A stretch of DNA of 58,643 nt, the filler included, from Sphacelaria rigidula (lineage: Eukaryota), in assembly GCA_964200075.2 (NCBI GenBank). It is 8 parts of 8 records of this genome, joined end to end, with 100 filler letters (N's around TTAATTAATTAA, not from the genome) between each part and the next. Parts side by side here need not be neighbours in the genome. Positions count along the whole stretch, not along the records: positions 22,030 to 29,272 come from CAXNAA020015794.1; positions 29,373 to 36,615 come from CAXNAA020015795.1; 6 more parts are not named here. The stretch is one strand, 5' to 3'. This document shows positions 23,451 through 36,715 of this stretch, piece by piece (the stretch's first letter is position 1; the number at the start of each line of letters is the position of its first letter). The translations under genes and the position numbers were made by a program. The notes beneath the pieces were generated by a model that was not told the DNA's origin, made no database searches, and worked only from the letters and a program-made list of their open reading frames with translations.

Positions 23451-24217
23451 TAAGAATGACATAAAATTTCGGGTAAACCCACCTCAGCAGTACGTGGAAC
23501 AGGCGGCGCCGGTGGCGAAAATAGTTCATGATGCCTTTGAGGTGTATGACGGATCAAACTTAAACCTTCGTCCCAAAACAACCAACAGTTGGGGCAGGCC
23601 ACAGTCGATCCGCAGGGCGGCTCAAGAGCTCAGAGCTCAGAAAGCAACTTACATTGCCACTTGTCCCTCAAACACTGCTCTGTAGCCTTCGCGATAGCTC
23701 CTATCTCAATCGTTCATGCGTGCTATTGACGACTTCGGAAGATGGTGCGGTGTGGACGATCTGCGCCAAAGGGACATAGAGACAGTCTGTATGTCGTACC
23801 CTTTGATTTGCGCATAATGGTGCCATATTTCACGAATTCTGCGTACAGTAATTTTCTTCTCTGTATCGCGGAAAATTGTCATTCCCCTTGGTTGTGGGGC
23901 AGCACTGCGCACGCGAGCGCACGCACAACAACAACTGTTGTTGTTCTTTTGTAGTGGTATATCAGTACAGCAACTTTCGATTGTTTTCTGCTGTTGGCAA
24001 GCTCAGCCAGGTGTCCTTGCATCGTCACGGTGTCGCAGCCTGCCTCGTATACAGCACACAGAGGACAACGGGGAGGCGGGGGGGGGGTGCAACAGAGGGA
24101 TGCGTTTTAGCAGAAGTAACGGGCAAGGCAGTTCGGCTAGCCACCTGTAATTTGGTTGACAAATACTCACGCCGCTGTTGGCACCTCAAGTTTTGGGTGT
24201 GCCAAGGGCAACCATAG

Positions 24218-24512
24218 ATGAATCAGGGCAGAGCGACGGACAGGACTGACGAGCTAGAATCCCTGAGATGCGAAGTTCGAGCGCTTGCTGCAATAGTGGC
24301 CGCTGGGCACCTAAATGCCGGCATGGTGTCGCCAGCGCGCAAGCGGCAACATCACCATCAACAACTCGGCGGTTGCACATGTGCTGCTGCACAAAAGGAA
24401 GTGGCGGCGGCGTTGTGTAGAGCCAGCGGCACTGATCTAGCCCCAGCGGCTTCGGTCGGATCCGGACCACGGACGGAGAACGTCGTCGATAACGTGGAAA
24501 ACCAACGTGAGG
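24218..24512 (+). CDS. Candidate exon of an unknown protein
   Basis: Open frame after TAG, ending at a strong G|GTAAGT donor; coiled-coil-like DELESLRCEVRALAAIV. No homology recognised. Confidence 0.4.
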
Positions 24513-25690
24513 GTAAGTGTCCCATTGTCTTTGTTGTCTGTACCGTACGAAGCCTGCATGTATTGTGAGTTCCGCGTGCACCCGTTGGTGACAAATGATC
24601 GTGAAACCTCCCCGTGCTGCTACACATCTTTCTCTCTATATATATCTATCTATGTATCGGATGTACTATACAAAATCTGGACATGCTGTGAGCTGCGCGT
24701 GTACTGGTTAGTGACATGATGGTCGTAAAAAAGCTCAGGGTTGTGCATCTGTCACGCTGGCGTTTCGCTTGTACAGAGAACAACGTGCAGCAGCAGTATC
24801 AGCCACAATGAAGTCTTCGCAAAACGGATGCCGATCCTTATTATTTTTTAGGGGATATAATATTTGGACAGGCTGTTCGCTCAAACGTTGTTTCGCTGCA
24901 CGGACTATCTATTATAGATGCGGGTCGAGTACTTCCTGTACACTGTTGTACACATATGGACTTGGTCCAGTTATTTACCCGAGATGAACGCAAAAACTGC
25001 ATCCGCCCAGCGTGAGGTGAACGTACATGCAGCATGTACAGATAAATAGCACGATGGGCACGCCGAGTCACGTCATAACAACAGTACAGTCGAACGACGC
25101 CGAGAAGAATTCAGGGATATCAAATCTCAGTCCATGCAGCTCTCGTTGCTGCTTTGGCGCGCAAAAGCGTTTTTTTTTGTCTGACATGTCGATTTTAACC
25201 GCCAGTCGCACGCCTTTTGACCCTCTTCAGCGTCAGACGACTCCGTCAGATAGAGCCGCTGGAAAAGTATGCACGCGACTACTTTGCGCTGAGACAACAG
25301 AGAGTTTCGGAAAAAAATATCAGAACTCAGGGATAAAAGCGAGAACGACTGGATTGTTTACTCTTGAACCCCCAGGTTTGCTTTTATTTATTTTTACCAT
25401 GTAGGTGTGGACCGTGGCCAACTTTTCAGGATTTAGTATTTTCTGTTCCGAATGCCACGTGGTCCATGTCATGAGTTGAAAAGGTAGAAGTCGCGCCGTG
25501 CTTTTCTGCGCTTGTACTCACCTACCCACGCGGTGTTACCCGTACAGCGCGGGAGAGCATGTACAAAGCCGTGCTATACGAAAGGTTGGGTGTTTCATTC
25601 CAGGGAGAAAAGACTCACAGATCCGGACAACCTGACTCACTCGCCGCGTGCTTGTATTTGGGTAAAACGGCTTCAAGCAGCACAGTACTG

Positions 25691-25996
25691 TAAACAATGT
25701 TTTCGTGAGATTGAGAGTAGACGGTACAGTTCAGAGTGAAAAGCGGTTAATTACTAAATGAATCGTTTCAGTTCCGAAATGTCCCCCCACGAGGCCCAAT
25801 ATGCTTTCTGCAGTCGCTTGCCACTGAGGCCCTTAATATCCTCAAGTGGGATATCGACGTGAAGCTGAAAGCACACGCCAGTGATGGAGGCAAAGAGGAG
25901 CACACACGGAATGAAAAATTGACTACGTGAAAGCAAATAAGCAAAGTCACTCTCAATCAGCGCTCCACTCTCAATCTCACGAAAACGGTGTTTGTA
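25691..25996. mobile_element. Complete MITE (~305 bp) with ~30-bp TIRs, TA-flanked (Tc1/mariner-like)
   Basis: Left TA-AACAATGTTTTCGTGAGATTGAGAGTAG; right CACTCTCAATCTCACGAAAACGGTGTTTG-TA; both ends recur in contig 2. Confidence 0.8.
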
Positions 25997-26734
25997 CGGA
26001 TTAGCGTTCTTTATCGGTAACACGCGCGTTCTGGAGATGGCTCCTAAAATCGATTCGAGGTTGAATTTTGTGCAAGCAACGGCCCCAAATACCCCCCGTC
26101 CTATCCTAGTATCACTTCAGATGTTTGTGCTATCCCCGTCTCGTTGAATACGCGACAGCAGTATATTCGACTTGACTATCGACGAGGGAAAGGGGCTGCT
26201 GAAACCCTCTCGCGATAAAATATAAAGGCAAGCACCCCAGAAGAAAGATGGAGTACGAAAAATAAACACATGAGGAAAAAACCTCCTGGGTTGACCTTCA
26301 TCCTGTGTGACCCCGACTGGTGCGCCCACACATACCGAAAGGTGTAGACAGGCGTCCAGAATAGATGGGACGACAACTCACACACAGTATCGTAAACACA
26401 GCCTCCAGATACCAACCCGGCACAGTAGACAGCTTTGGGCACGCAGGCAGTGCACCTCGGCGCCCGCTAGTCATTCACAAGTGCTGCACATGTCGGTGTC
26501 TGGTACAGCACTAATGAGTTGAGACAGTTGAGGGTTGTACTACTACTGTACTGTTGCACTGTCTGTAGACAGTTTTGTATACTTTCGGTAGGAAGTGTTC
26601 TGTACTGTACCACTCAGGCTGTCTGTAGTACTGTACTACTGTTGTCTGTAGTATAAGTGTCTCCGTTTGCATACTTCGAGAAATTACAGTAGTTCTCGAT
26701 AAAGGTTCACCACAAGCAGTAATCCTAGCTGCGT

Positions 26735-26998
26735 GAAGGCGAGAAGGGGAACGGAGACACCTGTCGACCGGGCTAAATATGACGTGGAAGGGCTGAACTG
26801 GGCCACCTTTGCAGCCGCTACGGGGATCTCGACACAATGGCCACCCAACGGTGGTGTAACTGCGCGAGCTAACGCAAGCTTCACGTTGGGTTGCCATTTT
26901 CGTCAAGTCCTCATAGCAGCTGCTTGAGCGGCCGACTCCCGCCCTTTCGCATCATCAAAAGCCAGGTCGACTGGTGTCTCGGCTCCCCCGTTCGCTTC
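26735..26998. repeat. Diverged inverted repeat (arms ~26735-26822 and ~26912-26998)
   Basis: GAGACACCTGTCGACCGGGCT..GAAGGGC..GCAGCCGCTA vs minus-strand GAGACACCAGTCGACCTGGCT..AAAGGGC..GCAGCTGCTA. Confidence 0.75.
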
Positions 26999-27798
26999 CA
27001 AGTGTTCCTCGTGGTTTTGGGTCACCCTTGTGAACGAGCTGCCATCACCAGTGCTGTCGCGGGCGTTCACGACATTCGCCACCACCTCACTTATGATATT
27101 TGTCCTACGGCTGTGTTCTGTAACCTTGGTCGTTATGGGGCAGGGTGTGTAGTTCCGTTTCATAGCCCTGAGTTTGGCACCAACGCTTTGGGGTGTCTAC
27201 CAACTCAGGGTTTTTTCGAAAAATTGAAAATTAATCCTGAGTTGCTGCGCATGTCTCTTCTCAGGATTCAGTTTTCAGGGTTTACCTAGGGGAATTCGTC
27301 ATATCCTGGCCTGAAATCCCAACTTTCTTAATAATCCCTGAGCTTTTACTTATCCCTGAGTTCTGATTTGTGTTTCCGAAACTCTCTAATACCCAAGAGT
27401 CTAGCAGCTAGTTTTGGGGTCAACAAATTATTATTATGTACAAACCCTCTAATATCCCGTGGTCACAAACGTGAACTCGCCTTTCCAATACCGTCCCTGC
27501 TATTCCTTACAGGACATGGAGTCCCCCATAATTTTTTCAGAGACTCCAGCCTATTGACATAAAAAGACGCAATTAACTCATGTATTACGAAAATGAGGAT
27601 CAGAATAGAGACGCCAAGAAGAACATGAGAAGTAGCTTCCCCGAGTTCAAGGGGGTGAAGACACAAACGACCTTCAGATCTACTAAGAAAAGCACACCGG
27701 CAGAAAAGGGAAATAAAAGAAAAGACACGAAAAGAAACACTAGATGACACAAGGGGATTATCAAGGCCACCGGGCGGGGGGCAATTCAAAAAACAACC

Positions 27799-29056
27799 TC
27801 AGGCACAGTCATAGATCACTACCACAGCTGTTAGGAGAAACCGCAGACGTACTAGTGAGTGTACCTCCCGATAGACTAGTGGTTGCTTTTTGAGGGTCGT
27901 CGGTAGGCACTGGAGGAGCTCTAGTGGTGACAGAGCAAAAAGTTCCTTAGCGTGGCGGGCTTTTGTCCAGGCTGCCATGTTCATGTCAGCCCCCTCTTCC
28001 ACAACTCGGGACCATTCGGACACATCTTGGGCAACCTGCGGCCACCATGTCGCATTCATCCCGAAGTACGAGCAGTAGTCCGTGCTACAGTGTTGTAGGC
28101 GCCTTGCTGGTCGCCCTGCCCTCGTCTTCCGCCCAACCATGACTCCACGCACGACGATGTTGGGGAGGCGTTCATCATGCATGCGCTCAAGGCGGCCGGC
28201 GTGTATGAGGGTTCGCTTCATCACTGTGGCCTCAATGCACTCGCAGCTTGTTCGTTCGAGAACCTCGTGGTATGGCAGCATATGGTAGTCAGGGGCGCTG
28301 CGGCTTGAGGTATGCCTATTGAGGCACCTCAGCAGGAATCCTCGATGGGTCTCCTGTAACGCGCGGAAATCGTCGCGTGGGATCGTCCAGGTCACGCAGC
28401 TGTACAGCATTACCTCGATCACCTCAGTTTTCAGGAGACAAACCTTGGTCGCGAGGGCGATGTACGGGTTGTCGTATACCGCTTTGCTGCACTTGAGAAG
28501 CACGTCCAGGCCTGGCCAAGGCGGCTGTGGATCTCGGGAGTGACATCTCCTACGCTGCTTATTTTTCTACCAAGGTAGAGGAACGACTCAACTTGCTTTT
28601 ACCTTTGGCCCGCTGCCTCCACCTCGATTATATCCGTCTCTATGTTCGGGGAGCGCATGTGCATAGTGACCGTCTTCTTTTCCGCGACGACGAGGCCGAA
28701 CGTTGCACAGACCTCAACGATGGCCGCCATCATCTTTGCCAGGCTTTCTCGAGGCCGCGAGGCGATTCCAGCGTTGTCGGCGTATAGCATGGCCCAGAGC
28801 ACTTTGCTGGGCTCGTCCCTGGTTTTCCGACCCCTTGCAGCGATTCGGATGGAATCCTGAACCACCGCTCTATTGATCGAGAAGTGGTTGAACGATACCG
28901 TCACCACCGCCGCGAAAACAATGTTGAACAGACCGGGGAAAGTACACAACCTTGGCGGCGGCCCTGGTTGACGTTAAACCACTCAGATGTCTCGCCGGTG
29001 TCCAGGCGTACGCATACTCGCATGCCGTCATGGAATTGGCGGATGATGGAAATTAC
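27799..29056 (-). mobile_element. RTE-type non-LTR retrotransposon (LINE), RT C-terminal half, pseudogenised
   Basis: IIRQFHDGMRVCV..SEWFNVNQGRRQGCVLSP/LFNI, MLYADNA (YADD to YADN), FGLVVAEKKT, LYSCVTWT, HAGRLERMHDERLP; frameshifts present. Confidence 0.92.
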
Positions 29057-29272
29057 CAGGGATGTGTACGGAGGACAATCCGCTCCGCAACCCGCACCGC
29101 TCCGTGGTATTTGTACCGGGCGGATATCCGCACCGTGACAATCCGTGATTTCTCCCACTGGCGGATATCCGCTCTGCTCCGCTCCGTACCATATTCGAAA
29201 AATCCGCTCCGCACCGTGACATTTTCGTTGGCGGATATCCGCTCCGCTCCGTGATAATTACAAAATAAAACG
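29057..29272 (+). mobile_element. End of a hAT-like element inserted into the LINE
   Basis: Begins CAGGGATGTG exactly where RT homology stops (Ac/Ds TIR begins CAGGGATG); subterminal repeats GGCGGATATCCGC x3 and CCGCTCCG(C). Confidence 0.65.
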
Positions 29273-29372
29273 NNNNNNNNNNNNNNNNNNNNNNNNNNNN
29301 NNNNNNNNNNNNNNNNTTAATTAATTAANNNNNNNNNNNNNNNNNNNNNNNNNNNNNNNNNNNNNNNNNNNN
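29273..29372. other. Artificial contig linker
   Basis: N44-TTAATTAATTAA-N44. Confidence 0.99.
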
Positions 29373-31565
29373 AACAAAGACAAGAAACAAAAAATGACGC
29401 CCCCCCCCCCCCCCGCTTCTCCCCCTCCAGAGCGCTCCTCAGCCGTCGTTTTTCAAGAATGGTCATGAGTTTGCAAGCCGCGCCATACACAAAAACAAGC
29501 GGACGATACTGCAGTCGGAGACAGGGCGCCCGCGGGACGTTGGGTGAAAGCAATGGTGAGAGTATTAGACCTGAAAATCTGCATGGTGCGGCGTGACTAT
29601 AGCTCATCCTCGAATGACGTCATGATACTCACTATTCCATGTGCGTTGCTCGAATAAACACTTTGTATCGTTGGGGTTGGCAACACAACATCGACTTTAC
29701 AAACCCTGAGTATTGGTTGGACAGATGATTTGGCGCTGTAAGCACGAGTGCATGAACAGACCCTACCGCAGTTTCAAGTGGTGGTCGTCTACGTTTCGTT
29801 ACACGTTACTTAAAAATACTCAGTGTCTTTGGGGCTGCCCTCATCTCAATGCGGGGAGAAGAAGAGATTTGATGCTCGAAGGGTACCTACGAACGCAGGT
29901 ACAGGCGGTGCGGATTTTTAACTGTTGGGCGACGGCTGACGCGGATGCGACTTTTCGCTGCCTCCAGGGAAGAAGGGTAATCGCCCACGCCGTTTGTAGT
30001 CTCCGCCCCAAAGAGCACGGCGTGCGAAACCACCTCTTCATTCGGCGCAAACGCCGCCTTGACACCAGCGGTTGACTCAGACCCGTGGTAAAAAAACTTC
30101 TTCGAGCACACCACTGTCCGTTTTATTGTTTCCAAGTGGTATAGGTGGAGTTTCTGGAAGCAAGCGCAAAACCTTGCCCCGGAATGGTACCCGCAAAGGA
30201 CGCGCAGGAGCAATAATCGGATTTGTACATGAAGCGAATAGTGAATTAGCAAGCGCATGTAACCGGCAGTACTTTGAGGAAAATCAATACGGACATTCAC
30301 GCACCACTCTGTAGGAACATTTTTTCAGGTACTTCCATGCAAATAAATTTAAATGAATTGCAACGTCTGTAAAATACACGGGAAAGGTGTCGACAACGTG
30401 TGCACCCACACCGCGTACCGGCAGAATCACCAATATACTTTACTTTTTGTACCCTTGTTGTCGATCTTGAATAACAGTAGCTTCCTCCCTTCCAGGGTCC
30501 ACTTCCTGATATCGACGACGGTAGCCCCGCGGCACGTGAGGTACTCCACCCGCGTAGCACCATGCCCGCTCTTTGGTGAGTCCTGCGTCGGCAGATGAGC
30601 GCGGGCACCCGTCACGATGATATTCGACTTTCTGTTTGCAGGCTCATGATGGCGGGATCGTAAGCCTTTAGTACCATTGCCCTCACCATGCCGAACTCCA
30701 GCAGAAGTGAGCAGATATGCATATCGACCACGTTCTCCTGTCGCACGTCCTCGATCTGGTCCGATGGAATCCCGTTTCTGGCTAGCTTCAAACAAGCTCG
30801 AAGCTCACCACCGGTGGTGCGTTGCCTTCCGAGTACTGAATATTGCTGAAACCATAGGGGTCTCGAGGCAGGGCCACGAAAGCCAGGAAGGCTTTCATGC
30901 GCGTTTTCGACAGACGATCGCCGACGATCCTGCAGAGTGGTGTGGGTGTTGGGAATGTCGGTGTGAGCAATACAACCTATTTGATGTCCGAGGTGATGAG
31001 ACTAAAGTCAGCGTGGCTGCTGCTTATGTAACTGTCTGGCCGGCAGTGCTTTGTTTAAACCGACTACTCCCGATACTGTCGAGTCAACTGTACACGATGG
31101 TCTTCTGTTTCAAAGAAAGTAGTGGGGTTGAAACCGGGGAAACAGCAAGCACATCGTTAACGTCAGCAACCACTTCAGACTTCACTAGACAAAAGTTTAT
31201 TCTCGTTAATCGGCGAAATCAATCAAAATAGCGAATATTAGGATACTGCTCGCCACTTCGCTCGGCATCTTGGTCATTATGGCCGTATACCACTTCCAGC
31301 CTTGATCCGCAACACCCGGTACCTTGCACGAAGTTACGTAAGATACGACTAGTTTCTTTAGGCTGCAGACAGATCCCGGTGGAAAGTCTTTCGTATGGCA
31401 ACCAATAACAGTGCTGAGATGCGATCAATGTCCCCCCCTGAACTTTCAAAAGAAGCGCAGAGCAGTAGCACCCATGACCGTCTGTCAGGGCAGAAAAATA
31501 CTGTACATCACGCACACCCGCATGCTTGAATCAACTTTGACAGGCGGTTATCGCAGAAATAAAAT

Positions 31566-31636
31566 AAGAAGAGGGAGAAGAAGAAGGGGAAGAAGAAGGA
31601 GAAGGAGAAGGAGAAGGAGAAGGAGAAGGAGAAGGA
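31566..31636. repeat. (AGAAGG)n / (AGA)n purine microsatellite
   Basis: Direct observation. Confidence 0.95.
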
Positions 31637-34600
31637 TAATTGTAACTGTCTCACCTGCTTTCGAGGGCACGATTCTTCTCCAACTATCGGGTGTTTTTTC
31701 CCAATAGGGGGGGTCAGGAAATTGGTGCAAAACATCTTGGCCGGCGTACCAGTCCGCACGACCTGTTCTTGCGCTGAACATGAGAGAGAGGCCGACCACC
31801 ACACGGGTGTCGAAGTTGAAACACGCGCACATATTCCCAGCTGTCGCAAGCATGTGCCTCTTGCTCGCATGGACATATTTTGCGCTCGTGTCGTACAATC
31901 TTGAAGTGTAGATCACGGTGGGTTGCGGCAAGTACCGAGTAGGACGGATACGGGAGAACGGCGGACGTATTGCTTGCACGGAAGCCAACTCGTGCGCATT
32001 CTCGAGGATGATGACATAGTTAGGTGTACAATGATTCAGGTTAACAGAGAGTGTGTAGCAGCCAAATACATTGACGTCACCGCGGGGTCCCAAGGATCAC
32101 AAAACATTCCCTGTTAGCGACGATAGCAAACCTAAGCGAGAATCCAATAGTTATGCTATTTAATAAATAAGGAGCAAGATATATAGTAGTGGGCGATCTA
32201 ACTATTCATGTTTTGGCATTTTGTGATTTTTTCGTAATTGACGATTTTCTACGGCTCTTTCCGCTTGCCACCGCTCATCACATTGGGGACCTCAAGATAT
32301 TCATATTCCCTCGACATTCCAAGAAAATCAAATCATCTGTATATAATATATTAGGTGGCTTACGGGCTGACCGTTCATCGGGGGTCCTGCCACATTTCAG
32401 CTCGGATTTTTACTCCTTGTGATTTTCGGTCAATCAAGCCTGTTCCGATTATTTTCATAAAGAAATGTACAGTTTTCTTTTTCTAAATTCTACCTACTCA
32501 TTCCACTGGAACCGAAAAATTGTGTTTCACGGTCGGTTACACCCTCCTGATTAACGGGGTATTTACTCGTACCGCCCACTAACACCAACTAACGCTGACT
32601 TGGGCACTGTATTTCGAGGAAAATCTGTTTGCTGTACCAGAATCTACCGATGCTAGCAATTTCAACGTCTATCGAAGAGTGGTACGCGAAGAAAACCCCA
32701 AACTACCGCTGAATAGTTAGACCGCCCACTACTGTACTATTTTAGTAGATAAGGAGCAACTACCCCCATTGAAAAAACTGTTGGAACGGCTCACATCTCG
32801 CGTGGTTCCCTTCAGTCACCAGAAAAGCGATCAGGTTTGCTGTGTTCACGTTCTCATCGCCACGGTCGTGGTTAATGTTCTCCTTGATGCGGTACACTTC
32901 CTGAACCTCAGCAACCCCTCCGTATAACTTGACGAAGAACCGATAAAGTGCTCACAAGCTCCTTAATCTTATCCCGCATATTTCGAAGAGAGGATCGTTC
33001 CGTGAGGTGCAGCGAAGTGAAGCAAGGCCACGAACCCAATCTCAGAGTTTTCGAATCGAGGCCTCGACGCCAATGCATAACCGCTCGCCAAAGCACGGGG
33101 GAGTCAACGAGGTACTTCACGGACAACGGAAGCAAGAAAGTGCCATTAGACTCTCTGCTATCGGGTTTCGAAGTATGAAGTGTTGATCACGCACTTCTAT
33201 TGCCGAAATTTATGGCAGCTCGTCGGCAGAGCGCCGAACAAACACACCACGCTTCAAACTGAAATTGACCGAAAAAACACACTCACCCATCGACTTAAGA
33301 AACTTACGAGTGTATTTCCATTGCTTCAAACCCGACCCGCAACATACGTACGAATGACGTGATCGACGACACTAGATTTTCTTGCCAACAAGAATTAAGC
33401 CATGTGAGCAACCCATTGCATCCTTGCAGCACCCCTCCCCACCTGCGTTGGCCGCGCAAAATAACACAGCGAACGTCAGTATATCGCTGGAGCAGTGTGT
33501 CACTATAGTGAATACAGTATTGCTGTCCTTCTTTACAGCATATGGCTTTGTATTAGTATCCAATTCGTTGAGATAAACCGACTTCAACTCGCGTCATTTT
33601 ACAACTATTGAGCGCCAACCGCTTTGGACTCGGAAGGACAACGGAGTAGTCCAGATGTTCGAGCCGGTGAAACCCAATTTGGTCGTTCACAGATGTGCTA
33701 TCATTGGATGTGAAAGCCGTACAAGATAAGCAATACCCCGATGACAAACTTCCAAACGCTTGAAAGCCCAGCAGCATCATCATCAAAACGAATCATCACT
33801 GAAGAACCTACGCTTAGGCAAGTATCGCTGACGCACGCAAATTTTAGCCGGTGTGACAAGTACGAACGCATATGCACGGGTCCTTACCCAGCTCGCAGCG
33901 CTCACTCGCGCGGCATTCATTCGCCATGGCAAATCGTGTCCTTCTCGGGATGCTCCCAGGCAGCCAACGGGACACTTTCTCCAGATGCCCTTGCAAACCA
34001 TTTCCCCTGCTTCAGCCGTTCAGAACAACAGCAAAAGCCGTTGTCAACATATCGTTCGAGCAAGAAGTTGTCGAGGACCCTTCCGTTATCATTGCTGCAT
34101 CGTGTGCCTAACTGCGGATGTACATAAAGAATGTTCATTCAGAGAAGTCGACCCTATACCTGAATAGTCCCGAACAATCGGGCGCCAGTACTTTCGTGCT
34201 CTCAGATCAACGAAGTTATCGGCATGCTGGGACCGATCACACCAGCCTGACTCGTGATCAATACGGTGGGATTGGTCGTGGGATGTGTGAACGAAACATC
34301 CACCCTTACATGACTCATGGCACGAAATTGACTCGTGAAATCTCGTAAGTGAGCCAGTTTCCTGTCTCTTCGGGGTACCACAGGCAAACCTTCGTTGACA
34401 TCCTAAACGCATCTACAGTATCTGCCGAGGCAGCATACGCCATGCACGACAACAGAAGAATAATATACATCATATGACAAGGTAGAGGCATCAAACGCGA
34501 CATGAAATATCGTGGATAGCGCATGCAACACAGAGGGGGTACGCATTGCTACCAAGGTACTGCCCAGGTTAAGCCGCTCACCACGACGTATTCGGTGGGC

Positions 34601-35059
34601 TCTGTATTGACAACCAACCAAACTCGAGTCGAGATATAGTGCGGATACAATACGATATTAGGACATAAGACTGATCTTAATGTAAGGGTCGGCTCAGCTG
34701 TTGGCATGTTGGATCGCTCCGGACGGCGTCATCGAGATATTGGTCGAAGTAGGGTCTACAGCATCAGACACAGCAGAACCCTACTCAAATTAAATGGGCT
34801 ACACATATTTCTCACCAAAACGACTGATTGCCAAGCGCTTTCGGAGCGTACTGCGAACGCACCGGCAAAGTGTAAACGTGTATCATTCGCCATTGCACTC
34901 CTTGGTGTTGTCGTAGTCATATCTCCAGTCGTCAGGACACAATAGTCCCTGCGACTCCCTTTTTCGCTCCAATACACGCGGAAGAATCGGCAACGTGACG
35001 GCTAGAATACGCCCTCAAGCGACAATTCAGGGTCACTGCGCTCTTCGGTCCAGCACCAA

Positions 35060-36140
35060 TTCTGCTCCCCGTCGGAGTTCCAGCTGCCTGCTCATTGCAA
35101 GGAAAGCAAGGCGGCGCAGCGATCGAGAGGAGGTGTCCGTCACTATGCAGACTACCGCACCGAAGATGGAGCAAGCTGAAGGATGTTCTTTTGTCCTGAG
35201 GAATGGTTGGTGTGGTGCCTGTGTCTGTGTTCTTCCCGTGAATACGATACCACCGAACCTATTTCCGACGGCGGGCATGTATCCCGAGCTTAAAGGAGAC
35301 TAGAAGTTCGCGGGAAAGGCTTGTCCTTGACGGGTGTTGTGGATCGGGGTGGAGGTCGCGCGCCGTCTGTAGGGACCGGCCGCTGAGGCGGCCGTGGGGA
35401 CGCCTGCGGTAGCAGTAGTGGTGGCTATGCCAGCAACAAGTCCAACAACGCTGAAACAGTGCCGACTGGTTCAGCAAAGGCGGAAGACACCATGAAGGAA
35501 GCCCACGGGTGTAATTGCCGCTGTTCGTTCTGGTGAAGCAAGAAGCTACTGCACGCGTAAGCAGGTTGGGCACGCGCGGCGAAGCTGTTTTCAACGTCGA
35601 GTGCGCCCAGTGCGGAGAGATGGGACACGACGCAGGGGATTGTGCAACAGCAACGATCTTGGTCCGTTAGCTGTGGTCGACGTCAGCCTCAAGACCATCC
35701 CCGGAGCCCTCGTTTCGATAGAAATGAGACGCGAGTAAAGGGATCATGAGGATTGGATGCGTCACAAATCATCCGTACCCATGTGGTTTTGTTCGTGAGT
35801 TTGAAAAAAACGGACTGATTGATCCATTATTCAGATGTCGCCGCCGTCGGTCGGTCGTTTCGGTCGAGGAGCTCATCTGGGGGCATCAAATTGGAATTTT
35901 GCCCTTTTACGCCAAGGGTGCGTGCGATGGGTAATGTGCACGGGCACAGCGAAAATGGCTGGGAAAGGCACATCTCAAAAATCATGGCCTGTCGTAAGAG
36001 AGTTTCGTGGACTTGTGCGCAACTCCTCTTGAACTCTGTTATCACCCATGATATCGCACTCAGCAAGGCTATTGCGTGTGCAGAACATGCGTGGCAATAC
36101 TCGAGCACATACAATTCCAGGAGAAAGATGCGGCAACTGT
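35060..36140 (+). mobile_element. Highly degraded Ty1/copia-like gag/protease remnant
   Basis: Intact zinc knuckle CAQCGEMGHDAGDC (35602-35643), preceded by a broken one (CTR-KQVGHARRSC) and followed by GIMRIGCVTNH resembling copia protease W-x-x-DSG-x-T-x-H. Boundaries approximate. Confidence 0.6.
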
Positions 36141-36615
36141 AAACGCACTTTAAACGTGTAGTAGGCGATCACTTTCGAAAGTCATTTTTAGTGGACTGTT
36201 TCGTAGAGCGTTTTAGTGAGGATGGTTACGTTGTATTTTCCTCGTGTATGGTCAAGCAGAACGACTACTTTGCAAGCAATACTGACATAATTGCAAGGGC
36301 CGGACGAAATAATGATTTGTCTGGACATCACTTGATTTCAGTGTAGTCGATTCGTACCGAACGAATCAATTCTTGTGCTTTGTTTTCAGCATTGCAACCC
36401 AGGTACGCGCAGCCCAGGCATATGGAATGGCGCAAAATTGCGTGGAGACCTCTTTGACCACCGGTCGACTTTTTTTCTCTCTCCCAAGCAATCAGACCTG
36501 AGAAATAGTGGATTCGGTGATTCGAACCGGCGATGATTCGTCGGAATCGTGCATAATCCACGGTTAGGACAAATAATGATTCGTCAGGAAATTACTTGGT
36601 TTTAGTATAATAAGT

Positions 36616-36715
36616 NNNNNNNNNNNNNNNNNNNNNNNNNNNNNNNNNNNNNNNNNNNNTTAATTAATTAANNNNNNNNNNNNNNNNNNNNNNNNNNNNN
36701 NNNNNNNNNNNNNNN
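36616..36715. other. Artificial contig linker
   Basis: N44-TTAATTAATTAA-N44. Confidence 0.99.

Noticed and set aside
29713-31231. Cluster of 100-180 aa ORFs as a transposase or integrase remnant
   Set aside because: No DDE, Zn-finger or other convincing motif.
32900-34980. Possible env-like or viral glycoprotein (signal-peptide-like MMYIILLLSCMAYAASA, Cys-rich fragments)
   Set aside because: Only short stop-riddled frames, an ambiguous coding strand, and no recognisable family motif.
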